The position numbers were made by a program, and so were the translations under genes. From Trypanosoma brucei (lineage: Eukaryota), in assembly GCA_000002445.1 (NCBI GenBank), contig CP000071.1, positions 832,001 through 896,000 on the forward strand: 64,000 nt of DNA. Reading direction: 5' to 3'. A model generated the notes under the pieces. That model was not told the DNA's origin and did not search any database. It was given only the letters and a program-made list of their open reading frames with translations. How positions within the stretch are numbered: position 1 is the stretch's first letter; the number at the start of each line of letters is the position of its first letter. Positions 33,608-44,190 of this stretch are shown in pieces.

Positions 33608-36304
33608 CTAAGCAAATGGGTCAAACTCCGCGGCAAATGTACACGAGTTATCTTCCCGCGTCTCTTGGTAAGTTGCCGGTTGCGAAGCATTTGCGTCACA
33701 GAATAAATTTTCGAGCGCATTCTTCAACTGTCCCGTGTTTCTGCTTCCAGTTCCATCGTCTCCACACCCCTCGGAAGTAATTGCATTTGAGAACGACCCC
33801 CAAGACAGAGGACCGCTTTGTAGGTGTTGATGTGTGACGGGAGCTTGCGTCACGTGGCCTTCCGGTGCGCCGTGGGCCTCTGCGCACACCCCGCAGCCGA
33901 TTTCTCTTTTCGCACGGTATGGTGGGTGCGCATTGTCACTAAGATACGTTTCTTGGCTCGGTCCCGTGGCGAGTGGCGCTTTGGGGAGTGCTTCCGCGTT
34001 GCCGCGGCCTAACCCAGTGGTGCCGTCGTCAGTGGCTTCATGCAGTTTCGTTGTGTTGTCGGAGGGAAAGACATCAGAATCTGGAGGGAAAGCCAGCCAA
34101 TTCCCCCCTCTGAGACGCATTTGAAACTCCTCATCACCATCAGTGTCGACCAGGCCGGAAGGTTTGTTCGCGTCAGTTTCCGGCCCTTGAAGGTGAACGT
34201 CTCGATACGGAGGGGCTGCGCTGGCGGTGTTCATTTTTATTTCACTCCCTTTGATGCGAGTAGCATCTTCCCCCTCGGAGAGAGTTCTTAACACTGCAAT
34301 CTGCCCTTCCACGATTTCACTGTAAGCATCACAAACACAGAGCAAGGGTCCCCACGCTTCTGTCAAGGGCACTGCTTGGGTGAATACTTGTTGATTCGTT
34401 TTCAAGACATCAAACGAAGTGCTGCCCTCCCCTCCATCCTCAGGTTCGTTCACGTGGGCTTCCCGCAGCCTTCCGAGTTCCTCCACAAGACTTTCTTTCT
34501 GGTGTTCCAGAGATGAGACAAGTGCCTGTACTTCGGCTAGCCTGGTTTGAAGGCTGCTTACCTCGCTTTGCGCCCCCCTGGCTCGCGTCATCAGTTCTGA
34601 CGCGATCGAAAGCACGGCGATTTGGTTCCACATAAGTATACCGGCAAATGTTTCCTGCTCTTTGTAAGCGATATCCACTCTCTCATATTTCTCTACCATG
34701 TCCATATGGTACCATGTCCATTCACTGCCGGACAGCGGACAGCCTTCCTCAAAGGGTGCAAAAAGCTTGTTTTCCAGCGTACCTGAATGTTTTATTTTAG
34801 CAGTTTCGGACTGCCCTGTAGATGGTACCCCCTTGTTTTCGATACTGTTTTTCGAGTCACTACGCGCATTCTTCTCGTTTCCTACTGGCACAACTTCAAG
34901 TTCCGCTGCCCTTCCCTTTGGTACAAAGATGGTTTCACTGGAGCAAAGTGACTCAACTTCAGCAGACTTCGGTGTACCTTCTGCATGATAGGATCTCTTT
35001 GCTTGAATCCGACTCTCGCTATAGCCTTCCGTAACCAGAGCGATTTCCTTGTTTAAGCGTTGTATCTCTCGTCGTTGTTCATCAAGCTTAAAATTCATCT
35101 CCGTGAATAGCTCGGCACGAGCTTGCTCAATTTCGTCAAAGCTCCGTTGGCGGTCCACTTCGTGAGCACTCATCTCTTCAACGTGTCTCCGATACAATTC
35201 AACCCTCTCGAGCAACATCTGCTCCTGCCTAGTTGGGTTCAATAGGTGTATTTCAGGCAACGAATCAAACTGGAGCAGACTTCTACTCTGTCTTGGACTA
35301 GTTAGAAGTGGGTATTGCTCGTTCGCCGCATTTACCGAGGGACCTCTTTTGAGGTGCTTTGGGATCCGCTTACCCCCGTCTCCCTTGTACCGTATCGGCG
35401 TTACGACTTTTGCAAACGTACGTGATGTGACGGCGTCTCCGCCTTGCACAGGGGAACCTCCACAACCAGGGATTGCTAAACTAACGGGGGCGGGGCACTG
35501 TGCAAAACATTCTTCCACTTTCCACTTCTCCACAGCGACCACGTCAATCTCAAGACGAGAAAGCTCTTCCCGGAGGTCGCGGAGCTCTTTATTGAGGTTT
35601 TCCTTCTCGCGCTCGTTGTGGCGTAGCAGGCGGCGCAAATTATCTCGTTCACTTTCCAAGTTTCCAATACGCTCGTGAAGGCGTTCGAGATTGACAGACC
35701 CTTCTACCTTCGCTTTAATTGCCGTCGAACAGCATCCCTCGTCTGCTCTCACTCTTTCCTCCTCGTCGTGGTGTTCGACGATGGCAGTGTAAAATGAATT
35801 TACTTCCGTAAGTTCTCGTACTTTCTGCTCCAATTCTGCAATCTCATCGTTTCGAGAACGCAGCGCTGTAGGGTTTAGAGAGGCCTCCCCCATGCCAGTG
35901 CGTTCCTTATCCGCATTTGCTTCAGCTCTTTTCAATCCTGTTGGGGTTATCTGAGCATTGTTTTCTGCACGGAGGGCGCTGGATGCACGGGACACCGTAA
36001 TGCTGGAATCACACTCTCTTGTTTTACCTCCGACACACGACTCTTCCATCTGAAGGAGTAATATTCTTTTAGTCTCCTCGTCAGCTACCAACATCTCCGA
36101 GAGCATCTTGCTTTGTTCCGTTAGCGCAGCCACTGCACCGTTTTTTTCCTCCAACTTTTGCTTTAAGGTCTCCACCTCTTCTTCGAGCTTATCAATCTGC
36201 ATTAACTTCACTTCGCCTTCCTTTAAATGCTGCTGAAGCTGCTTCACATAGGCGACAAGCTCTTCTCGGCTTGCCGCACTGATCGTTGGGGCGCTAACAG
36301 ACAT
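33608..36304 (-). CDS. Large coiled-coil hypothetical protein (898 aa)
   Basis: First ATG MSVSAPTISAASREELVAYVKQLQQHLKEGEV...; the track start 36394 is a GTG. Long heptad-rich stretches (LEEEVETLKQKLEEKNGAVAALTEQ; LRRLLRHNEREKENLNKELRDLREELSRLE). Confidence 0.55.
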   Translation of the reverse strand: MSVSAPTISAASREELVAYVKQLQQHLKEGEVKLMQIDKLEEEVETLKQKLEEKNGAVAALTEQSKMLSEMLVADEETKRILLLQMEESCVGGKTRECDSSITVSRASSALRAENNAQITPTGLKRAEANADKERTGMGEASLNPTALRSRNDEIAELEQKVRELTEVNSFYTAIVEHHDEEERVRADEGCCSTAIKAKVEGSVNLERLHERIGNLESERDNLRRLLRHNEREKENLNKELRDLREELSRLEIDVVAVEKWKVEECFAQCPAPVSLAIPGCGGSPVQGGDAVTSRTFAKVVTPIRYKGDGGKRIPKHLKRGPSVNAANEQYPLLTSPRQSRSLLQFDSLPEIHLLNPTRQEQMLLERVELYRRHVEEMSAHEVDRQRSFDEIEQARAELFTEMNFKLDEQRREIQRLNKEIALVTEGYSESRIQAKRSYHAEGTPKSAEVESLCSSETIFVPKGRAAELEVVPVGNEKNARSDSKNSIENKGVPSTGQSETAKIKHSGTLENKLFAPFEEGCPLSGSEWTWYHMDMVEKYERVDIAYKEQETFAGILMWNQIAVLSIASELMTRARGAQSEVSSLQTRLAEVQALVSSLEHQKESLVEELGRLREAHVNEPEDGGEGSTSFDVLKTNQQVFTQAVPLTEAWGPLLCVCDAYSEIVEGQIAVLRTLSEGEDATRIKGSEIKMNTASAAPPYRDVHLQGPETDANKPSGLVDTDGDEEFQMRLRGGNWLAFPPDSDVFPSDNTTKLHEATDDGTTGLGRGNAEALPKAPLATGPSQETYLSDNAHPPYRAKREIGCGVCAEAHGAPEGHVTQAPVTHQHLQSGPLSWGSFSNAITSEGCGDDGTGSRNTGQLKNALENLFCDANASQPATYQETREDNSCTFAAEFDPFA

Positions 36305-36586
36305 TTCTGGTATCTTACTGTACGTATCTATCGCTCGCAAGCTAGGACAACTGAACAATTCTGCTTCCACTACTAAGTGACACGCCAACTTCACAGCAAC
36401 AACCTCTTCGCCATATCAAAAAAAAAAAAAGGAACAGAAGCGGGACTTGAAGGGTTTCTTTTGATGCACAAAAGAGTTCGAAGCGATATTTTTAGAAACT
36501 AGAACGTGTAGTACAAGACAAACACCGACTGTTCTTCTCCCGCTGCACTGCCCACTGTATGGTCAAGCCTCAGCCTATTCATCCCC

Positions 36587-38833
36587 TCAAAGAAGGGCGA
36601 GAGTCTCGAGCAAATGGTCCAACTGCAACCTAAACCCTTGTATTTGTTGGTTTTTCTCCTCGACAATCATTTCTGCCTTCTGTTTCGTCAGCACAATTTC
36701 GAAGTCTGCAACCCGCCTGATTTCTTCAATTCTGTGCAGGGCTTCCTTTTCTTTTTGAGCTTGGCGCTTCTCCAAGTAAGACAGTCGTTCCGACACACTC
36801 TGGAGAAACGCCTGAATACGCGACCTGTTGAGTGGGAGTCTTGAAATGTCTTTGCATATCCATGAGTTTCCTTCACACACTTGCTTCAACTCTGTGATTG
36901 ACATCAATTCTTTTTTATGAGAGTCTTTAATGTGCTCAATGTCGTCCCTGTAGCTTTGCTGTATGCACTGCAGCTGCGCTTGATATTCTCGCCTTGCTGA
37001 ACGTAGTCGCTCATCCAAGCGAGCATGGGCCTCTCCAAGGGACTGCTGGCTCTCCTCCAGCAATCGCTTCGCCACCTCCAGCTGGGAGGTCAAACTAGCG
37101 ATTTGCGCTTGCATGGTTGATATTACCTGCATCGGTGGAGGGATAATAAAGGCATCATACGACGGTGATGTCAAAGCTATTCCCGCCTTTGGTTCACGCT
37201 CCAGCTGTGACAATTGGGGCTCCGGTGCACCGTTTTCCCTAAGCAATGCAATTGAAGTTTCTTTTGGTGGACCACTCGCAGCGGGCGCTTCCGACAGCAC
37301 CGTGTCTTTTGTTGCCCCTTGGGTGACGCACTGTTCGTTCCCGTTCCCTCGAGGATACCTGCCACTGGTAAGGTTATTGGCTCCAACGACAGATGAAGGG
37401 GGGTTCACCTGTTCCTTGTCACGTAAGGACTGCTTGGCTTCGGTCAATTGCTTTTCCAGATCGTGAACCCGGCGTGACTGGGCTTGTAAGAGTTTAAACT
37501 TCAGCTGTTCTTCTAGCTTTTCAATTTTTTCTTGATATTGCATTCTCATGCGGTCAACTTCGACCCGGAGCCGAGTGACTGCCGCTTCGGCGCAGCGGTC
37601 CTTTTCTACAAGTGCGTCTTCGAGTTCTTTTATTCTATGGTTGAGTTGCTTAAATATCTTGGTATCTTGAACGGGTGGCTGACAACTTCTGATCAGCTGC
37701 GCTATGCTGTTGGGGTGCTTTTGGCCTAGGGTTTCCTCCAACTCGATAATTCGCCTTGTGAGGTGTTGCACGCGAGTGTCTTCCTTTGCTTTCGTACCTT
37801 TGCTGATATCCTCTGCTTTCCCGGACCCGCGCAACTTCGCCCGCAGGCAGCGGATGGTGTCCTGCTGCTCTTTGAGAAGCTGTTGCTGGGAGTCGTTAAA
37901 TTCTTGGTTGTTGACGTACCATGCGATCTTTCTTGCCATTTCTTTCACCACCTCTTCGTGCTCTGTTTCTCTTCGTTTTAAGTCGACACGCAGATTGCGA
38001 TTCTCCAATTCGAGTTCTTCAAGCCTTTTCATGTCGACGCTACTTCGATGGATGTTGAGGTCCCCCCTTTCCCTCCGAAGAAGCTCAAGTTCTAGCTCAA
38101 GTTCTCTAACCCGCATCCTTTGCTGATTTGTCTCCATGAGCAACTCATCAGTGCTATGATGTGTCCCCTGGCGCGTCTCCATCCTAGTGGTTAAGTCACC
38201 ACTCCGAAGTGTCTGCTTACTATTGGGCTGCCCGTCTGAAACGGGCGTGTGAGCCCCCCTCCCACTAAGCGCGCTAGTCAGTTCACGCACTTTCAACAGC
38301 AGAGCCTTCTTTTCAGTATGCAACTTTTCATTGTCCTCATCCAACGCCCTAACAACACGTTCTTGCATTGCTATTTCCTTCTGGATCTCCTCCAATTCAG
38401 CTCTGGTTACCGGCTCTCCCGAGAGAAGCGCTTCCCGAATCACACTGCACTTACTCTGGGCATCCGTACAGTGTATGCTGTCTCCTTGAGCCCTCGTTGA
38501 TTCCACCCGATTGGGGGCTTCAACAACTGTTTCCAATGGCTGATTTGCATCCACCACAGTGTCCATTAGAATTTCCTCCGAATGTTTTGACCATGATGAT
38601 GAGACACCCCCCTTTCCTGCCGTAGCAAAGCATGTCGTGCCCTCCTTGTTTCGATGTGCGCACTGTCCTTGTTCCGCGCGGGTAGCGCCCTTTTCAACCT
38701 CTCGCCACACCGTTAAGGGGGCCATAGGGTTTGTGGAGTATCTCTCCCCGGGAGAAGTTGTGCACTGGTCCCCGTCTTGCCCTTCGTCTTGAACAAAACG
38801 CTCACTGATCTCTTTGACACTGTGATCCGCCAT
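36587..38833 (-). CDS. Large coiled-coil hypothetical protein (748 aa)
   Basis: The track ORF extends to 39391, but its first 186 codons are R/W/C-rich non-protein-like sequence. Protein-like sequence begins at MADHSVKEISERFVQDEGQDG (ATG at 38833). Extensive coiled coil (LEELELENRNLRVDLKRRETEHEEVVKEM...; IASLTSQLEVAKRLLEESQQSLGEAHARL). Confidence 0.5.
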   Translation of the reverse strand: MADHSVKEISERFVQDEGQDGDQCTTSPGERYSTNPMAPLTVWREVEKGATRAEQGQCAHRNKEGTTCFATAGKGGVSSSWSKHSEEILMDTVVDANQPLETVVEAPNRVESTRAQGDSIHCTDAQSKCSVIREALLSGEPVTRAELEEIQKEIAMQERVVRALDEDNEKLHTEKKALLLKVRELTSALSGRGAHTPVSDGQPNSKQTLRSGDLTTRMETRQGTHHSTDELLMETNQQRMRVRELELELELLRRERGDLNIHRSSVDMKRLEELELENRNLRVDLKRRETEHEEVVKEMARKIAWYVNNQEFNDSQQQLLKEQQDTIRCLRAKLRGSGKAEDISKGTKAKEDTRVQHLTRRIIELEETLGQKHPNSIAQLIRSCQPPVQDTKIFKQLNHRIKELEDALVEKDRCAEAAVTRLRVEVDRMRMQYQEKIEKLEEQLKFKLLQAQSRRVHDLEKQLTEAKQSLRDKEQVNPPSSVVGANNLTSGRYPRGNGNEQCVTQGATKDTVLSEAPAASGPPKETSIALLRENGAPEPQLSQLEREPKAGIALTSPSYDAFIIPPPMQVISTMQAQIASLTSQLEVAKRLLEESQQSLGEAHARLDERLRSARREYQAQLQCIQQSYRDDIEHIKDSHKKELMSITELKQVCEGNSWICKDISRLPLNRSRIQAFLQSVSERLSYLEKRQAQKEKEALHRIEEIRRVADFEIVLTKQKAEMIVEEKNQQIQGFRLQLDHLLETLALL

Positions 38834-40794
38834 CTTAGAAACTATCTGAAAGGCAGAAAAGCATTGACGTACATTGTAAACAAAAGGTTTGCTTATACTT
38901 GTCAGGCATTGAACCAAAACTGAGAAGACAGTAGTGACAAAAAGCCTGCGACTAAAATTGATTGAAAAAGCTGTCAAGGAAGGGCGTCGTCGAAACAACT
39001 GTTTGTAGATAATGAGCCACGGAAGTAACTCCTCTGTGCGAAACCGAAGCAGAGTCCCCGTGTGACTGACACTTTGCGGATGAAAAGTGCGATACGTCCC
39101 CCCAAAACAGAACCCCTTTGGTTCCCGGAGGCTACAAAAGCCTGTATTGTGTAAAGAAAGACACAGCCTGGCAGTCGGCATCCAGCCTATCATTCTCTGT
39201 TTAACCCCTGTGCGGACATTTTCGTCTTGCACTTGTCGTCGACGTGACACCCGCCTCCACCAATGCCTAAGTAGTTTCAAAAGATTACATGCACCCAATA
39301 CCTCATCACGATGCCGTAAATGTGATGGTTGTAGAGCAAAGTTTCCTATGCTAGTCCACCGATGTTTGCCTACGCGTCCCACTAGTTCCATAGCACCCCT
39401 TTTAATGGAAGCGGAGACTTTCGCGCACGGCTACATAACCTGCCGCCCCCCCCGCTGTGGAGAGGCGGGTGCATGAGTATGGACATGTGTTGTAGCAACC
39501 AAAAGGCCCGTTTCCAGTTGCTGAGCGAAGGCGGTGACAACAACATAACCCCGTCCGGGTTGACATTGTAATAAACACACATAGCGCTAAACACTGTGAT
39601 CCCTTCACGCTGTTCCCACCGCACTCACGTTTTATTTTCACTCTGCAAGAAATCCTTATCTACCAATACAGGTTAGCCTCAGTCTCCTTACCACTAGATC
39701 TGCTGCGGAATACTCCATTAAGCCACCCACACAAAAATTGTCTAAGATGATAACCTTTTGCAAACTGCACACCGTATCGTGTAGTAAGAGCCAAGGTTGG
39801 TTAACTTTCCATCGCCTTAGTTAAGAGCTGCCGGCGTGGTTAGTAGGGCATTGAGTTAACCCTCATATTGAGCGACCAGTGCCAATGCACCAAAAGCCAG
39901 GGCAGAACTGCATTCATCTGTCTCAGCGGGCCGCATGACTACACGTATCTGGTCTCGCATCAATTTTCACTCAGTTTAGGACATCTACCGAATAGCAGCT
40001 AGCGCTGCAACTCTCCTGAGACACCAGACGCTCCAAGCCACTACTGGGTGCCGGTGCCCCACTTGTGGGGCAAAAGCAAGAGCCAATGGAGTTCGGTCTC
40101 AGGAGAAAACTATTGCGGCCTGGTTATGTTGCCATCAGACTAGGGAACCGCCGAGTCGTGCTGTGACATCGGTTTTCCATTAGCAGCCCCTCGGCACGTT
40201 TCATTGCATCGTCAGCAGTGCCACACGTACCAAGGTGACGTAAACCTTCTATACTAGAAGCAGCAACCGGACGAGACACCATTGAGACTAAACCGGTACA
40301 TCAAGCATTTGGCCATCCCCCAATCAGCAACACCCACGTGACGGCCACGGCAGCTAGCCGTACACACTGTTGAGGGCGTTTATTTTGCCAATCCTCTACG
40401 TTTAGGGAGCTTGCGACTGCTATGATAGTGAAAACTAGCATTTAGTGGCTTGTTGATGCACCCTACTATGCACCGAACAGTCACACCCTTTGCCCCAGCT
40501 CCCACCGTTACCGGTTGCAACGGAAGACACCACCACACACAATCTCGGAAAGTTCCTGTATGCACAGCAACATGTTCATAATGGACCAACATCCCAGATG
40601 CCTTCTCAGCAACAGCATCCGTACTTCACTTTCGTGACCTCTACTGTGCACCACATGCATGCGGAAGCTCATCAAAGAGCCCGAGCAATATGCTTTGCGT
40701 GGACTGCCGTGGCAATTTGCAGTACTTGCAGATAATGAATGTGCGCATGCTTTGTCCCACCAATACAAGTAACTATTTTGCATCGAAAGCGATC

Positions 40795-43700
40795 CTACTG
40801 ACTGTAACAATGAATCATCCGCTTCATTTCCTCAGTCGCTAGACATTCGGCAGGGTCAGTCTTTTCACGGAGCTCAATAGACGCGCCAACCTTCTGTAAG
40901 AAACACAAAACAGTGGCAGGTGACACTGTGTTGGTCTTCCAACCTAAAACAATATTAAGGGGACGAACAAGTTCCACAGTGGGTGTGTCATCTATCGCTT
41001 TGGTATCACAAATCAGTCGCAATAACGGGTTTGCTGCGTTCGCAGGGACAGTTTCGACAAGCTTCAAGAGTTCCCCAGAACCAGCGAGCCGATCCATTTT
41101 TAGTACAAGAGACGCCCACACAAGGGACAATAGCATCTCCACTTTTGAGAGTCCGAGTGCAACCTTCTCTGCATCGCGCGCGAAGAAGAGCAACAGTGAG
41201 CAAAGGGCAGCCGCTGGCAGATTGTCCAGGGGTAGCTTTTGGGAAAAATGAGCTATAAATTGCGTCGCTATTGGCCGCCTCTTCCCATTTTTTAACAGTC
41301 CCTCAGCAATCAAGCAGACGTCTAGCATACTTACTTCATCTCCGCTATCTACTAGGGATGCCATAAACCTGTCGAAGGTTTGGCTGCTCCCACCGAAACG
41401 AACGCAAAAAGTTACCGTATTCATCAGTGTCCTGTCAGTGAGTGGGGCCTTTTCAATATGCTTAAGACAGAAACGCCATAAACCGATCGCATGTGGCGTA
41501 AATCTTTTCGCCGAGTCGTTGTTCATTTGAATCAGACGTTGTAAAGCATGGGATACGACAAGAGAACACGTTAAACTGTTGCATTGGGGAGGAAATAGCG
41601 CCCCGGACTCACTACGTAGCAGTGCTTCTGCACGAGGTAAAGAAAACGATACACCATCTTCGGAGAACAGGGGAGCGACAATGTTGAGGAACGCAGTAAC
41701 GATATCATCATTTACTTTCCCGTCAGCATAACCCATTGAGCTGTTATCAAGATCGTTAATAATGACAGTAGCAATAGCTAGTGCTGCCTGAAGTGGATAC
41801 ACCCCTACCTCCCCATCACGAATTCTTTTGATCATAACAATAACAAGTTTTCGGGTCACATGGATCAGTGATTTCCACACGGCCTTTGCCGCTGAAGTCC
41901 ACATTGCGTTCACTAGTACCAGGGCTGCCCTCCAATCGGCCTCTACCCACTTTTCTCGTTCCACTACGTGGACGCATAACGAATCAACTCCGTGTAGTGC
42001 GCGCTCAAGGACGCACTTTTCATCAATGCCGAAGGCGCACAGCGCACCTACAAGACGGACTAGTATGTGGAAGGGGAGAGTCTGTAGACGTTGTTGGTCA
42101 CGAATAGTCCCGACAATATGGGGATGCAGCACACTGTATCGAGCATCTAATTCGTGCGCAGCAATCAAATAGAAGACAGCGCTCTCGTATCTGTTTCTGC
42201 CCAAGTCGTTCTGAAGCAACCGCGTTCCCACTGCCGACAGAGAGTTCAAAAGTACTGTGCGAGAGACACCGGCAGCTGCTCCGTCGAGGATCAGGGACAA
42301 ACCCCAATCTGGGTACTGAAGCACTTCCAGTCGAAGAAAAATAGGTGTCGAAACAGCAGTATACGGTTTGAAACCTCTTGAAGGGATGCGGAGTTTCGAA
42401 AGTGATCCCACAATCGCTGCACACTGAGTCATGGTAGAGCTCTTCATTCCTTTACAAGTGCACAAGGTCTCTAGTGAATGTGTCAGTCGTTCTAAGGGCA
42501 CACCCTCACTTTCAGACAGCATGAGTGCCTTTTCACATATCTGTAAAGCTACATCGCTAGAATTCGTGTCTTCTTCCGAGCATTTGCCCGAGACTTCATG
42601 TCTTTTCGTGTCTGTTTGCGGATAGCCTCCACCACGACACCCATGTTGGTAACCAAGCTCCCGACTGCGCTCGCGGATGGCGCACCAAATGAAATTATCC
42701 TTAATAGACAGTTTCATCACAGCATTGATAATGCGGGGTAGTTCCCACCGTGATGCATTACGAACAATTCCAGGTACAGTTTTAAAACACTCTCCAAGAT
42801 AAAATTTCCTTGAATTAACAGTCAAATTCCCATATGCTAACGCTTCAAGAATTATCCTCACCTGCTTGACGGTTGCTTTTTCAAGAGCGCACTGGGATAC
42901 CGGAGGAAACACACAAAAATTAAGGCGGTACATAAGGCGATCGAGAAAAGCCACATCAGCTGCCACCGAATAAACATTCACCAGTGGTCCAATTGCTTCT
43001 GCGCGAGTGACTGCAGCAGCGTCTCCCAATGGACGTAGCCAGAAGTCAATTCCATTGTACATCAACATGCGTAGAAGTATGTGAAACAAAATTTGTGCGT
43101 TTTTTTGTAATTTTGTCAGCCCACAATATGTAAGCGACTCCAAGACTGTGGAAATAATGAACCTATTTTGTATCTCCCCCTTTACTACCCGATGCACAAA
43201 GGTAAGCACAACACTGTCCAGGATCGCAAGAAGTTTTACCGTAAAGCTAGGGGAGAGGCAACCCAAACAATCGTTCTCCGGCCAAGAGACGTTGTTTATT
43301 ACACCTTCACTTTGGATTGGTACAACTCTATCTCCCGATCCAGATACGGAAACAATCTGACACAACCCGCACAGCAACAACAGGTCATTCCGAGGGGATG
43401 CACTTTCTACGCCGCCTGTTCGAATACCGTTCGCGACAATCGCTTCACAAACCTCAATGTACACTAGCCGCACTGGAATGATACTGGAGCAGAATGTGGA
43501 CAAACTCCAAAATAAATACACCAGCTTTTCCTGAGTGAGGAGTGTATAATCAACGCGCCTTACTCGTTCAAGCAACTCTTTCAAAATTGAGCTCTGCGCC
43601 TCTGCAGAAATACCGTTATCTTCTGAAGTAACGAGGCAACCCACCACATATGACAGTTCCGGAAGGAGTTCCACCTGGGCCCCACTTATAATTACTCTGA

Positions 43701-44190
43701 GGGCCTCTTGCGCATACGGAATAAACTTGGGGGATAAACGTGAACCCACAATCACGATGCTAGACAGTGCTTCCATTTGTTCTTCAGTTTTTAGAGTTGT
43801 CAGGAAGTGTGACTCGGCCAGGCGGTCCTGTATGCTGACGCACTCTACCAAACCACATGCATCGTTTTTCACCAACTGCCTTAGAAGCATGACAACTGTA
43901 GGACAAGGTAGCTCTGGAAGCCGGGCTAGATAAACCTTCTTGAGCCTCAACCAGTCTTCTCTTGAACCAACCCCAAGAGCCGAAGCTGACACAAGTAAGT
44001 CCGAAAAGATGTCTTTTGCGGGCAAGTGTTGAACATGACTGTGAAAAGCCTGTTGCTGCTCGTCAAAAGGCGGTTTACGGGGTTGTACTGAGGAAATTTC
44101 CGCTAAGACACCGACGCTTCTCGTCAATATTAACCTCAGCCTCTGTTGTGGCAACATGTATATGTATGTGGGCAGCGCCCTTGAATACAT
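40795..44190 (-). CDS. Large hypothetical protein (1131 aa) with an N-terminal R-rich amphipathic segment suggestive of a mitochondrial presequence
   Basis: Real ATG at 44190 (MYSRALPTYIYMLPQQRLRLILTRSVGVL...); the track start 44193 is a TTG. An alternative ATG is at 44158. Mostly helical-repeat-like composition; no motif recognised. Confidence 0.5.
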   Translation of the reverse strand: MYSRALPTYIYMLPQQRLRLILTRSVGVLAEISSVQPRKPPFDEQQQAFHSHVQHLPAKDIFSDLLVSASALGVGSREDWLRLKKVYLARLPELPCPTVVMLLRQLVKNDACGLVECVSIQDRLAESHFLTTLKTEEQMEALSSIVIVGSRLSPKFIPYAQEALRVIISGAQVELLPELSYVVGCLVTSEDNGISAEAQSSILKELLERVRRVDYTLLTQEKLVYLFWSLSTFCSSIIPVRLVYIEVCEAIVANGIRTGGVESASPRNDLLLLCGLCQIVSVSGSGDRVVPIQSEGVINNVSWPENDCLGCLSPSFTVKLLAILDSVVLTFVHRVVKGEIQNRFIISTVLESLTYCGLTKLQKNAQILFHILLRMLMYNGIDFWLRPLGDAAAVTRAEAIGPLVNVYSVAADVAFLDRLMYRLNFCVFPPVSQCALEKATVKQVRIILEALAYGNLTVNSRKFYLGECFKTVPGIVRNASRWELPRIINAVMKLSIKDNFIWCAIRERSRELGYQHGCRGGGYPQTDTKRHEVSGKCSEEDTNSSDVALQICEKALMLSESEGVPLERLTHSLETLCTCKGMKSSTMTQCAAIVGSLSKLRIPSRGFKPYTAVSTPIFLRLEVLQYPDWGLSLILDGAAAGVSRTVLLNSLSAVGTRLLQNDLGRNRYESAVFYLIAAHELDARYSVLHPHIVGTIRDQQRLQTLPFHILVRLVGALCAFGIDEKCVLERALHGVDSLCVHVVEREKWVEADWRAALVLVNAMWTSAAKAVWKSLIHVTRKLVIVMIKRIRDGEVGVYPLQAALAIATVIINDLDNSSMGYADGKVNDDIVTAFLNIVAPLFSEDGVSFSLPRAEALLRSESGALFPPQCNSLTCSLVVSHALQRLIQMNNDSAKRFTPHAIGLWRFCLKHIEKAPLTDRTLMNTVTFCVRFGGSSQTFDRFMASLVDSGDEVSMLDVCLIAEGLLKNGKRRPIATQFIAHFSQKLPLDNLPAAALCSLLLFFARDAEKVALGLSKVEMLLSLVWASLVLKMDRLAGSGELLKLVETVPANAANPLLRLICDTKAIDDTPTVELVRPLNIVLGWKTNTVSPATVLCFLQKVGASIELREKTDPAECLATEEMKRMIHCYSQ

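Noticed and set aside
38834-39391. N-terminal 186 codons of track ORF 36587-39391
   Set aside because: R/W/C-rich composition typical of non-coding translation. Protein-like sequence starts at the internal ATG at 38833.
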